The translations under genes and the position numbers were made by a program. The notes under the pieces are model-generated. The model did not search any database and had not been told where the DNA came from. It saw only the letters and a list, made by a program, of their open reading frames with translations. Below are positions 37,295 through 46,444 of a stretch of 64,000 nucleotides of DNA, piece by piece (the stretch's first letter is position 1; every line of letters begins with the position of its first letter). Origin of the DNA: a virus. Where the stretch lies: IMG/VR virus record IMGVR_UViG_3300042393_000799. One strand, 5' to 3'.

Positions 37295-38002
37295 TTATAT
37301 AAAAGTTATTTCATTAGTTTCAGGATCCCAATCGAACGTTACAGGCTTATTCACATATTCATATCTTTCGTTTAAGATTGATGCGTTAAAGAAGTGAGTA
37401 CCGTTGTGGAATTTGTAACCATATCCACCGTGAATGTGTCCAAATACATGAATCTTAGGTGGTTGTTCATCTACCTTTTCTCTAAGTAATGCACATCCTA
37501 AATGTGGTTCATTATATGGAGGACCACTCACATCTAAATGATCTTGTGGAGGTCCATGTGTGATAAGAATATCAGTATCTTTAGGAATTGCTTCCCATTT
37601 TGACATTAATCCAGGACCACCCTTTGGTAAGTTAAATGCCCAACTATAGAATTCAGGTTGCCATGGACTACCATAAATAACGGTTTGTTGGTCATCTTGA
37701 TCCCATAGATCTAATCGATTATCTTGAAGATATTCAATGTTTTTATAAGAGGTATAAATCTCACTTGCCATTTCTGGGTCAGTTTCAAAGATTCTGTCAT
37801 GATTTCCTGCAATAAAAACTTTATTGCTATATTGCTCTAATCCTTCAAACCATTTACAAAATTGGTGAATATCCATTGGATTTCTACCAGAATTCATAAG
37901 GTCTCCTGCGTGGATTAATAAGTCTCCACCTGGGAGATCTTTAGGGTCGTAAGATAACTCATCGTGCTTTGTGTGAGTATCTGAAATTAATGTTATTCTC
38001 AT
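37295..38002 (-). CDS. calcineurin-like metallophosphoesterase
   Basis: motifs ISDTH, GDLMNSG, AGNHD, ITHGPP, GHIHGG. Confidence 0.78.
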   Translation of the reverse strand: MRITLISDTHTKHDELSYDPKDLPGGDLLIHAGDLMNSGRNPMDIHQFCKWFEGLEQYSNKVFIAGNHDRIFETDPEMASEIYTSYKNIEYLQDNRLDLWDQDDQQTVIYGSPWQPEFYSWAFNLPKGGPGLMSKWEAIPKDTDILITHGPPQDHLDVSGPPYNEPHLGCALLREKVDEQPPKIHVFGHIHGGYGYKFHNGTHFFNASILNERYEYVNKPVTFDWDPETNEITFI

Positions 38003-38005
38003 ATG

Positions 38006-38170
38006 TTATTGGTCTAATCTTTCTTCGATTTGTTCTATACAATCCTCTATACTACTACCACATCCTATTGTTTCATCGCAATCTTCAGTATTATTAAACA
38101 CATACTTAGATTCAGGGTGTGATGGCCAATAGTTTTCATTTTCTTCAATAAAATAGTTCTTGTAGTTCAT
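38006..38170 (-). CDS. acidic Cys-containing micro-ORF (54 aa)
   Basis: MNYKNYFIEENENYWPSHPESKYVFNNTEDCDETIGCGSSIEDCIEQIEERLDQ; stop 3 nt before next ATG; not in ORF track. Confidence 0.3.
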   Translation of the reverse strand: MNYKNYFIEENENYWPSHPESKYVFNNTEDCDETIGCGSSIEDCIEQIEERLDQ

Positions 38171-38171
38171 A

Positions 38172-38495
38172 TTAATAAGCTTTAGATTTTAAAATAGTTT
38201 CAATTTGATCGATGAAATCCCCGGCATAAGTTTTGCCACCAACATTAAATTGTGTCAATCTGGTTTCAGTATATTCTCTTGAATATGTTTTCCAATCATA
38301 AATTGTAAAAATACTATCTTCAAATTCAACAACCCATTCTACTTGAGTTTTGTCATCACCCGAAGGTGTATTATGAGTAGGTTCTCCAAGTGCTTCAATT
38401 AATTGACTATAAGTTGCACTAATGTAACCTTTAAGAGATGAGCCATTTGACTCGTTGATTGCATCTTCTTGACTAAGTACTTTAAATTTTTTCAT
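38172..38495 (-). CDS. hypothetical protein (N-terminus MKKFKVL..INE weakly family-like)
   Basis: 107-aa ORF preceded by cassette. Confidence 0.4.
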   Translation of the reverse strand: MKKFKVLSQEDAINESNGSSLKGYISATYSQLIEALGEPTHNTPSGDDKTQVEWVVEFEDSIFTIYDWKTYSREYTETRLTQFNVGGKTYAGDFIDQIETILKSKAY

Positions 38496-38507
38496 ATTGT
38501 TTATCTT

Positions 38508-38588
38508 TTAATTATAAGGCTAATATACATAAAAAAAGCCAAACAAAAAAATGTTTGACTGATTATTTTTTAAAAAGTTACGAACATT
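38508..38588 (-). promoter_or_regulatory. repeated intergenic cassette
   Basis: ttaattataaggctaatatacat...agccaaacaaaaaaatgtttgact...ttattttttaaaaagttacgaacattt. Confidence 0.65.
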
Positions 38589-38856
38589 TGCAGATTTTAA
38601 TGTTAATGTCTTTAAGGAATTCGTGTATTTTAAAAAGTGATGGTTTTGCGTTCTCATGTTCTAATGTAAACCACCAACCTTTACCTTCACTATCAGTGAT
38701 ACTTATGGTACCCGATATAAATTCATATATCCTTTCTACTGTAATATTCTGCATTACAGTTTGACCATATTGATCTTTAACATGAAGCGCATCATTGTCT
38801 TTAACTAATTTAAGACAATCTCCTTCGTAATTTATAAGTCCTAATGTATTTTTCAT
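38578..38856 (-). CDS. hypothetical small protein
   Basis: 92-aa ORF (start overlaps cassette end; true start may be internal). Confidence 0.3.
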   Translation of the reverse strand: MKNTLGLINYEGDCLKLVKDNDALHVKDQYGQTVMQNITVERIYEFISGTISITDSEGKGWWFTLEHENAKPSLFKIHEFLKDINIKICKCS

Positions 38857-38857
38857 A

Positions 38858-39334
38858 TTATTCTACGTCTTTTAATTCTGTTCTTAATCTACCAATTGCA
38901 CCTTCTAAAGTATTATAGACTGGAATGTTGTGTCGACTGCAAACTATATCTACATTTCCTTTGCGCCAAAATTCATCTGGACAACAAACAATCATTTTTT
39001 CAGATGCAGCATGCATACCAAGTTCTAATAAACTGATTGGACTCTTGGTTTCTGGAGAAAAGTACATGAAAATAATATCGCATTCATCTAACTTATTCAT
39101 TTCCCAATTTACTTGTCCACTGAATTGTGGATTAGATTCTTTTTGTTCCCATGAACTATCCCAATCATCTCTACGAGGATTGAAAAAAACCAAGTTTTGA
39201 CGATCTTTAAATAATTCAGGAATTACTGCTTGCCAATCTTCTGCTTTTCCCATTTCAATAGAACCTGCTAAAAATATTTTAACATGATGATCGTTATAAT
39301 ATGCATTTTTTGGTTCTGGTTTAATTACTTCCAT
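38858..39334 (-). CDS. nucleoside 2-deoxyribosyltransferase-like protein
   Basis: IFLAGSI...FNP...ECDIIFMYF...SLLELGMHAASEKMIVCCPD pattern of the family. Confidence 0.5.
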   Translation of the reverse strand: MEVIKPEPKNAYYNDHHVKIFLAGSIEMGKAEDWQAVIPELFKDRQNLVFFNPRRDDWDSSWEQKESNPQFSGQVNWEMNKLDECDIIFMYFSPETKSPISLLELGMHAASEKMIVCCPDEFWRKGNVDIVCSRHNIPVYNTLEGAIGRLRTELKDVE

Positions 39335-39593
39335 TTTCTTTGTGTATTGAATTTTTACAATTTCCTTTATGGGATCCCCATTGAGTATTACCCATTCCGA
39401 CTACAATATATTCACAACCTTCAAGAGTGTAGACTCTATAATTTTGATCAGAGTATTGTGAATTACTATCAAGTTCCATTCGATGCGGATTCGGTTGAGT
39501 TGAAACTTGTACATTACCTTCGCAGCTTGTAACCACAAAGGCTACAAGCGCTGCAAAGATTAATATTAATAATGTTACATTTTTTCTGTTCAT
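39321..39593 (-). CDS. small lipoprotein
   Basis: signal peptide + lipobox VTSC. Confidence 0.45.
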   Translation of the reverse strand: MNRKNVTLLILIFAALVAFVVTSCEGNVQVSTQPNPHRMELDSNSQYSDQNYRVYTLEGCEYIVVGMGNTQWGSHKGNCKNSIHKENGSN

Positions 39594-41173
39594 TATGAAT
39601 TAGTTAAACGTTCACGAATTTCTGTTAGTGTAGTTTGGTTTTCGAATTGGCCATCTTTATAGATAGTTTTTAATTTACCAGTGGCTTCATTTTCCCAAGT
39701 ACATTGATCTTCTAATAAGAAACATGTTTCGTCTCCGGCAACTCTTAATAAACCTTTTGCAGATTTCTTAATACCGTCATCAGTGATTGGATCTTTAAAG
39801 ATTTCACGACCTGTGATGATTTCTTCTGAATGTGTATAGTTACCATTCTCGTCTTTAACAGTTCTAAAATGTTCTTTAACTTCAACATAAGTTGCTTTCA
39901 TTGCAAAACCAAAAGTATCTCTAGTGTTATATTGGTATGTAAAACTTCCAACGCCTAATACAATATTTGTACTTGCGAAACCTTTTGCTTCTAATCTTGT
40001 AAAGATTTGTTCTGCACGATCTAACGTTATTGAATCTCCGTAGATTGCTCCAATATGAGAATCAAGAACTTTGTAACCTTGTTCATTGATAGTTCCACCG
40101 AATACATCCCAAAGTAATTCAATAACTCCTTTTACTTCTGGTTTGTTTAAATATTCATCGGTAGGATTAACTTCTGCTACTCCACCTAAGTAAGCAACCA
40201 CATCATTATCATGGTGCGCGTTTGTTTTAATAACACTTGCGCCGCAAATAATATCTACTGGATCACCAGAGTCGGGTCTAATAACTACCTTACCATCACG
40301 AGCTAAAATCTCTTCTTTCAAGGTAACAATATGTTCAGTACAAACTTTCCATAAGTCCCAAGTATCTGATACGATTGAAAGAATTCCTGTTGGATATGTT
40401 TCCATCAAGTTTCTAAATGTTCCAACCTCATCTTCTTTAGATCCAGCACACATAACTGAGTGTTCAGTTGCATTCACAGATCCAGCAACAAATCCAGTTT
40501 CTCCATAGAATTTACGAGCTCCAAAGATTGCTGGTAAACTGTCTGAACCTGAGAAACTTGTTAAGTGACCCAATCCTGAACTAATAGTTGCATCAATAGA
40601 ATCTAAACCTCTCATTGAAAAATCATGTGCTTGCCAATCTACGAACCAACCTTTTTCAGCATCGGTTTTTTCTTGCCATGATGTAAATAATTTACGGTAA
40701 GCATGTGCAATAGTTGCTGAAGTCATTGGTTTCCATAACAAGTTAGAAATAATTGTTTCTAAGTAGTTTGTAATCCAATAGAAATCTGGATGTGTATTGT
40801 AAATTGTCAATACAGGAACTCTCATTGGTACTAAAGAACCTTCTTCGATTGTTTTTACCACGATTGGTAAATAACCTAAATCATGTAATGCTTCAAAGTG
40901 ACTAACATCATAGTCAGTATTTAAGTACATTGACAATTCACGTTTCATTTCGCCGCAAACTTCATCTTTAGGTTTGCTAAAGAAATCTTTGTCAAATGCT
41001 TCGTGAATTTGTTTGATTACCATTTGTTGTCCAAATGATACTAATTGGTCGCATCCTTTAGGAGCATACTTATTACTTCTAGGTGTGAAGTTTGAATAAA
41101 CCAACGTTGTTCCTTTTGGATATTGTTGGTGATGTCCTGTTTTGTAACCGTCTGTTAAAAATAATGGGTTCAT
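39593..41173 (-). CDS. nadV: nicotinamide phosphoribosyltransferase-family enzyme (NadV/NAMPT, or the Namat variant)
   Basis: N-terminal signature LFLTDGYKTGHHQQYP and full-length (526 aa) similarity pattern to NAMPT. Confidence 0.82.
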   Translation of the reverse strand: MNPLFLTDGYKTGHHQQYPKGTTLVYSNFTPRSNKYAPKGCDQLVSFGQQMVIKQIHEAFDKDFFSKPKDEVCGEMKRELSMYLNTDYDVSHFEALHDLGYLPIVVKTIEEGSLVPMRVPVLTIYNTHPDFYWITNYLETIISNLLWKPMTSATIAHAYRKLFTSWQEKTDAEKGWFVDWQAHDFSMRGLDSIDATISSGLGHLTSFSGSDSLPAIFGARKFYGETGFVAGSVNATEHSVMCAGSKEDEVGTFRNLMETYPTGILSIVSDTWDLWKVCTEHIVTLKEEILARDGKVVIRPDSGDPVDIICGASVIKTNAHHDNDVVAYLGGVAEVNPTDEYLNKPEVKGVIELLWDVFGGTINEQGYKVLDSHIGAIYGDSITLDRAEQIFTRLEAKGFASTNIVLGVGSFTYQYNTRDTFGFAMKATYVEVKEHFRTVKDENGNYTHSEEIITGREIFKDPITDDGIKKSAKGLLRVAGDETCFLLEDQCTWENEATGKLKTIYKDGQFENQTTLTEIRERLTNS

Positions 41174-41186
41174 ATATTAATTGTTT

Positions 41187-41267
41187 TTAATTATAGAGTA
41201 AATATACATAAAAAACCTGACATAAAAAAATATCAGGTGATTTATTTTAAAAAAGTTATTAACAATC
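41187..41267 (-). promoter_or_regulatory. repeated intergenic cassette
   Basis: ttaattatagagtaaatatacat...acctgacataaaaaaatatcaggt...ttattttaaaaaagttattaacaatct. Confidence 0.65.
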
Positions 41268-41717
41268 TACAAGATTTGCTAAAACACTCTTAACTATACC
41301 GATTTCTGCACGACCTTGGTATCTTTTGTTAAATTCGCCAATAGTTTTACCTTGTAATGCTTGTGGATTTGTAACTATTCCACTAAATTCTTGCATAATT
41401 TCTGTAAGAGCATCTACAATTTCTTGAGGTTCCATTTGTGCTGGCATATATCTTCTTAAGATTGCACACTCTTCTGATTCTTTTTTAGACAATTCTGGTC
41501 TATTTGCCAAATCATACATTTTAATGGATTCCTCACGTTGCTTGATTCCTTTATTAATTATTTTAATAACCTCTTCATTCGTTGCAACCCAAGTTCCATT
41601 TCCCTTTTCAGCATTCGTGATTGCTGCTTTAATACTATTAAGTGCCATTTTGGCTACTTCGTCTTTTGCTTTCATTGCAGTTATAAAGTCTGCATTTATT
41701 TGTTCTCTAATTATCAT
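41259..41717 (-). CDS. YqeY/GatB-domain protein
   Basis: REQINADFITAMKAKD...LRRYMP pattern of YqeY family. Confidence 0.6.
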   Translation of the reverse strand: MIIREQINADFITAMKAKDEVAKMALNSIKAAITNAEKGNGTWVATNEEVIKIINKGIKQREESIKMYDLANRPELSKKESEECAILRRYMPAQMEPQEIVDALTEIMQEFSGIVTNPQALQGKTIGEFNKRYQGRAEIGIVKSVLANLVDC

Positions 41718-42552
41718 TGTCTATGTTTTTAGTTGGGTTTATTAATCCTTTAATGAACCATCTGTCTTGTGTAAATGTTGGAGTTTCTACAACTTGCCAT
41801 TTGTTTCTCATTACAATTTGAGTAGGGTCTATTACATGTGTTTCACCATCATTAATAAACTCTTTGGTTTTTACAAGTACTGGAACTTCCACCTTTGCAA
41901 TTACTGCACCTCGTTTTAGACGAAAATCATAGTCATTCCAATTGATTCCTTTTTGGAAGATCAATTCTTGCATGTCACTTGTTTTTTTACCATGTAATTC
42001 TTTAGTACTATAAAGACTTTGAGCAACTGAAGAAATTGAATTTCTTACAGCGTCTTGTTGTCTCCAGATAAAATAGTTTTCTACCTCATCAATAAATGGA
42101 ATTTGAAATGCTCTTGCGTCGAATTCAGCCATTTTGAATTTTTCAATATGTTCCGGTTCTAAAAAGATCATGCTATTTTTCATGTATCTCATTAACCTAA
42201 GTTTATTGAATTCTGCAGTGGCCATAGAAGCAGCAACTGATACCATTTTTTGTAGGTTGTTGTCAAACCAAGCGTGAGTTCCTAGGTCATCAAAGTCTGT
42301 TAGAACTAAACTAATCTCATCTGATTGTACATAACCAAATTTAGCACCTTGAATGTTTTTACATAAATATGCAGTAGTTGCATTCATGTCTTCAATAAGT
42401 CCTTGGTCAAATGGTCTCTCTAATCCTTTCGTATAGGTGTGAAAGGCTTTTCCGTCAATACGGATAATTGTAAATGTTCTCCTTGGGAGTTTGATTCTAG
42501 TTCTATCTTCGTAGAACTCTTTCATGCGATCGCCTAATGCATCGTTTTTCAT
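41707..42552 (-). CDS. Thg1-like 3'-5' nucleotidyltransferase (tRNA-His guanylyltransferase family)
   Basis: family motifs RIDGKAFHTYTKGL and GYVQSDEISLVL (cf. Thg1 RLDGRNFH / AYGQSDEYSF). Confidence 0.75.
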   Translation of the reverse strand: MKNDALGDRMKEFYEDRTRIKLPRRTFTIIRIDGKAFHTYTKGLERPFDQGLIEDMNATTAYLCKNIQGAKFGYVQSDEISLVLTDFDDLGTHAWFDNNLQKMVSVAASMATAEFNKLRLMRYMKNSMIFLEPEHIEKFKMAEFDARAFQIPFIDEVENYFIWRQQDAVRNSISSVAQSLYSTKELHGKKTSDMQELIFQKGINWNDYDFRLKRGAVIAKVEVPVLVKTKEFINDGETHVIDPTQIVMRNKWQVVETPTFTQDRWFIKGLINPTKNIDNDN

Positions 42553-42629
42553 AATATATGTTATTGTGCAACCGTCGTTAGTTGGATGCTGGTTATAAGT
42601 ATTATATTAAATACTTTTATTTTGTTTCA

Positions 42630-43205
42630 CTATTTTAAAGTGATTTGCAAAGTTGCTTGATATGCCGAATGTTTAAATGGATCCCCTTCAGTTTCTCTAG
42701 AAGCTCCGGCAAATAATTCTCTTGCTCTTTCAATACCATGATATTTCATGATTAGTGTTGCTGCAGATGGAACTGTTATAGGCATCTTTTCTCCATGCTC
42801 TTCGATAATTTTATCAACTTCAATTTTGATTTGTTCAACAAAGGTTGGTTTCAATCTATCCAAAGACTCTTCTAACATTTCAGAGAAGCATGTACCACCA
42901 TTATAGAATTGTCCCATAAATGAAAGGCTTCCGTCGCTATTTCTAGTAACATTCATAAAGTATTCTGAATCTTCAGATTCTACATGATCGATAACTCTAT
43001 AAAGTTTCTCTCCATAGATAAAATACTCTTCCTTTTGACTGTTTCTTTTATTAGAGTACTCGTCAAAAGCATCCATAAAATCTTCTTGCCAATCCTCGCC
43101 TAATTCAACATCAAATCGTTTTGCAATACTTCTACAAGTCTCTTCTAAACTTTTCTCAATTTTGACTGGATATAATTTTCCGGTATGAAATTCTGTTCTA
43201 CTCAT
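42630..43205 (-). CDS. hypothetical protein
   Basis: 191-aa ORF. Confidence 0.4.
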   Translation of the reverse strand: MSRTEFHTGKLYPVKIEKSLEETCRSIAKRFDVELGEDWQEDFMDAFDEYSNKRNSQKEEYFIYGEKLYRVIDHVESEDSEYFMNVTRNSDGSLSFMGQFYNGGTCFSEMLEESLDRLKPTFVEQIKIEVDKIIEEHGEKMPITVPSAATLIMKYHGIERARELFAGASRETEGDPFKHSAYQATLQITLK

Positions 43206-43357
43206 CTTCGTCTTTATTAAAATCCGTTATTTTTACTAAAATATAAAATGGAACTATAATTGCATAAAATTCCCATTGGTACCAGCTGATATTTGCAAAT
43301 GCTGATAGAGCAAATCCTAAATATGATGGTGCTAATAATTCTACTAATCTTTTCATA

Positions 43358-43642
43358 TTAAATTACTTTAAATTCTGTTCTACTAATTCTTTCAGTGCTT
43401 CCTCCGTGTTCAGTTGCAAGTCTTCTATCTAATGCTTCAATAAAATACTGTTGTGCTCTATTGTCTGGTCTAGTATCTGGATCGATAAATCTTAAAAACA
43501 TATCAACTTGCTCTGGTCTATAACCTCTCATGAATTTTTGATTGAATATTTCAAAGTTTGTTAAAATTTTAATATATCCATGTTCAAATAAATATTGAAC
43601 TGCAGCATCTACTAATCTTGTAGTTTTACCTGATTGTCTCAT
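43358..43642 (-). CDS. mini P-loop protein (Walker A at residues 4-9)
   Basis: MRQSGKTTRLVD; stop codon immediately upstream in frame so start is genuine. Confidence 0.35.
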   Translation of the reverse strand: MRQSGKTTRLVDAAVQYLFEHGYIKILTNFEIFNQKFMRGYRPEQVDMFLRFIDPDTRPDNRAQQYFIEALDRRLATEHGGSTERISRTEFKVI

Positions 43643-44138
43643 TTCTTAATTGATTTTTTACAAGAGTTAATGCTTGTCCTAAAAGATTTAAACCTAACCA
43701 ATATGATGGATCATCAATTCCTTCGGCATTTTCATCAAGACCAATTCCCCAAATATTATCTAATGGAGAAGCCTCTACAAAGATACGATCACCAGTATTT
43801 AACATTTCTTCTCTTAATCCAGCATTTTGTCTGAATTTTGCCAAGTTTCCTTCATAAACAATTGCCAAACAATTTTTATCCCAAGTTGCTTTATCAAAGT
43901 TTTGGATTTGTCTACCATATTTCTTTTGCTCTCTTGGATTCGTTTCCTCCATAATCAAACTTGCTACAATATCATCTCCAAATAATAATGCCTTTTGATG
44001 CATCATATATTGTTCACATGAATTATATTCAATCTTGTCAATTGTCATTGGAGCTTTATGCCATTGTGAGTAAATTCCATTCCAGAAAAATACATGTTTA
44101 TCTGTTACTTTCATATTATTTGTTTTTAAATTGTTCAA
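43626..44138 (-). CDS. NADAR-domain protein (YbiA-like ADP-ribose/N-glycosidase superfamily)
   Basis: FFW...SQW...EYNSCEQYMMHQKALLF...GRQIQNFD..W...KF.QN..L...LLNTG...VEASP.DNIWGIG. Confidence 0.75.
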   Translation of the reverse strand: MNNLKTNNMKVTDKHVFFWNGIYSQWHKAPMTIDKIEYNSCEQYMMHQKALLFGDDIVASLIMEETNPREQKKYGRQIQNFDKATWDKNCLAIVYEGNLAKFRQNAGLREEMLNTGDRIFVEASPLDNIWGIGLDENAEGIDDPSYWLGLNLLGQALTLVKNQLRNETIR

Positions 44139-44328
44139 GATTTTTTACCTTTTCTCTGAAACTTTCTAAAACTTCATATTCGGTTGTTTGTTTTAATAAT
44201 GAAATGGCTTTTTCTAAAGCATTGTCCTTTTCTATATTAACAACTACTTCATTATCAATTGAAGCTTTAAATGAAACTAATTTAGAACCTTTTCCTAAAA
44301 TTATTCCTTCTGGTGAAGATTGTGACAT
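44116..44328 (-). CDS. hypothetical small protein
   Basis: 70-aa ORF. Confidence 0.3.
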   Translation of the reverse strand: MSQSSPEGIILGKGSKLVSFKASIDNEVVVNIEKDNALEKAISLLKQTTEYEVLESFREKVKNLEQFKNK

Positions 44329-44331
44329 ATT

Positions 44332-44826
44332 CTATTTGTTTAAAATTCTTATTGCTCTATTTGTGCATTCTTTAGTTAATCCATAACCAATATCGATACA
44401 ATCTGGATGATTAATATTGGTCGATGTTTGTACAAAGTTCATTCGTTGACTCTTTAACATATCCGTGTCATCATCAAGAATAACGTAATTAGTTATTTCA
44501 GGTTGTCTATCGAGAATTGACTGTATTTCATCTCCACGAACCATTTCTGGGCCACCTTCTAAATCATGGTTCCATCTAAGATCTGGTGTAATTCCAATTA
44601 TTTCTCCAGGATATTGACGTTGTTTCCACATTCTATGTAGTCTTTCCAATCCCATGTGTCTCCATGAAGAACTAATAACTAATTTTGCTCCGGTTTCATC
44701 AATGATTCTACCTAGATTTTCTACAAATTCAGGATGGAATATTCCACCGAAATCATCATGTCCTTGAGGAATTACATTTAATACACCGTCAAAATCTAGA
44801 AAAATAACCTTCATCTTATTTAACAA
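44332..44826 (-). CDS. HAD-superfamily phosphatase of the RNA-repair-associated (HAD_SAK/PNKP-like) type
   Basis: VIFLDFDGVLN at N-terminus; small single-domain HAD. Confidence 0.5.
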   Translation of the reverse strand: MLNKMKVIFLDFDGVLNVIPQGHDDFGGIFHPEFVENLGRIIDETGAKLVISSSWRHMGLERLHRMWKQRQYPGEIIGITPDLRWNHDLEGGPEMVRGDEIQSILDRQPEITNYVILDDDTDMLKSQRMNFVQTSTNINHPDCIDIGYGLTKECTNRAIRILNK

Positions 44827-45029
44827 CTACCGAATCTATAAGATTGAAATCCGCCTTCTTCGCTTGGATGAAATCCTAATTCATCTAATCTTTTCGTGTC
44901 CTCTTCGGATACATCTTCTTCGTCAATGTGACAAACATAAAGAACATCATGTTCGCAATGAGTAGGCCATTTTTGTTCAGGATCCATGTATTTAGCTAAT
45001 ATGATTAGCGCTTCTATTAAATCTTTCAT
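44820..45029 (-). CDS. hypothetical small protein
   Basis: 69-aa ORF. Confidence 0.3.
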   Translation of the reverse strand: MKDLIEALIILAKYMDPEQKWPTHCEHDVLYVCHIDEEDVSEEDTKRLDELGFHPSEEGGFQSYRFGSC

Positions 45030-45032
45030 TTC

Positions 45033-45596
45033 TTATGGTTTATAAATTACTACCGACACTTTCATGTCTTTTAATTCTGTTTGAATAATCCTTTTAATTC
45101 TATTCCAATCTCCACCTGCTAATCCTGCTCCAATCTTTGGCAATCCAATATGTTTACCTTCAAATTGAAAATTGATCTTACGCATACAAAGAGTTAATGC
45201 CTCATAATCTAAAGGTTTTGAAACTCCATCGGTATGATTCTTACCATATCTGAATTGAGTGTATGAATTTACAACTGATAATTCAGGTTCATTCCTTTTA
45301 TTATCGGCGTCTTCTAAAGACCAGATTGTATTTTGACCAATGACGAATGTTTGCCAATCGATACATCCGAGCTTTTCAATGGTTGCTCCCCAAGTTTCCA
45401 TTTCAAAACGGTCAACTCCAAACGCTTTTGCCATTTGCGGTGCTATTCCAGCTCCCATATTTGACAAGCAATTACAACCATGTGTAATTACATCAAACTT
45501 TCCCTGTTTTGCTAGTGCAATTAAATCACCTTCTATTTCTTGATAATTTGTATCAACATCTATCATCGATTTCATAAATTTGTTTAATTCTCCCAT
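45033..45596 (-). CDS. Macro-domain (ADP-ribose-binding/processing) protein
   Basis: ITHGCNCLSNMGAGIA and GLPKIGAGLAGG blocks. Confidence 0.65.
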   Translation of the reverse strand: MGELNKFMKSMIDVDTNYQEIEGDLIALAKQGKFDVITHGCNCLSNMGAGIAPQMAKAFGVDRFEMETWGATIEKLGCIDWQTFVIGQNTIWSLEDADNKRNEPELSVVNSYTQFRYGKNHTDGVSKPLDYEALTLCMRKINFQFEGKHIGLPKIGAGLAGGDWNRIKRIIQTELKDMKVSVVIYKP

Positions 45597-46093
45597 TATG
45601 CTAGTCTAAATCGTTTTAAAAATTCTCTTAAGAAAATGATCTGATCTGCTTCCTTTTCTGTTTCAGCAAATTTCATCTTCCATTCATAATAATCCATTTC
45701 GATTGGTGTTGTACCATCTATATAATATGGACCAACATAATCAGGCCAGTGGGTTTTGTCAAATGCTCTGTCATCAACTAAGAAAACTACAGCTGTCATT
45801 TGATCACCCAAATCTGGCTCATGAAATTCTCCAACTTTAATACCTCGATCTGTTAATTCAAAATAGTTTTGCTGAAGAGTTCCTAATCTCATGCTACTGT
45901 CATTAGTAGTTCCACCATTTAAAATAATAAATGTTTTGTCTATTTTCGCCCATTCTTGGTATTCTGGAGTATTAAAGAAGTCAAGTCCATATTCTACAAC
46001 AGCATGTCCAAATTGGATACCTTGTTGGATTGGGCTTAAATTATAAGGCACCAATCCATACATTCGATATTCTCTATTGTAAATAGATTCCAT
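45596..46093 (-). CDS. possible PTH2-like (peptidyl-tRNA hydrolase 2 / DUF2000-like) protein, tentative
   Basis: LVPYNLSPIQQGIQFGHAVV resembles PTH2 GKIAAQxxHA core. Confidence 0.3.
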   Translation of the reverse strand: MESIYNREYRMYGLVPYNLSPIQQGIQFGHAVVEYGLDFFNTPEYQEWAKIDKTFIILNGGTTNDSSMRLGTLQQNYFELTDRGIKVGEFHEPDLGDQMTAVVFLVDDRAFDKTHWPDYVGPYYIDGTTPIEMDYYEWKMKFAETEKEADQIIFLREFLKRFRLA

Positions 46094-46228
46094 TACTCTG
46101 CTTCCTCGTTTTCAGATTCTTCTACTTCAACTTCTCTTAATTCATATCTTGAACCTAAGATTGGATCGTGTACTAGTACAATAACTTCTTGTACTTGCTT
46201 TTCTACTGCTTTTGCTTTTTTAGCCATC

Positions 46229-46444
46229 TTATATTAAATTTAATTGTGTTAGTTCTTCAATGGCAGCATCGAATGCTTCTTGCCATGTTCTGTATAAATA
46301 CCAATCTCTTACTTCAATTTTTTCATAGTTACCAAAGTGTTCATATTTGTATATGTCAAATGCAAACTTTGGAGCACTTGTACGGTCTACTTCTATTTCT
46401 ATAACGTAACCATGCTGTGTAAATAAAGAATCTATTGTATACAT
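46229..46444 (-). CDS. hypothetical small protein
   Basis: 71-aa ORF. Confidence 0.3.
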   Translation of the reverse strand: MYTIDSLFTQHGYVIEIEVDRTSAPKFAFDIYKYEHFGNYEKIEVRDWYLYRTWQEAFDAAIEELTQLNLI

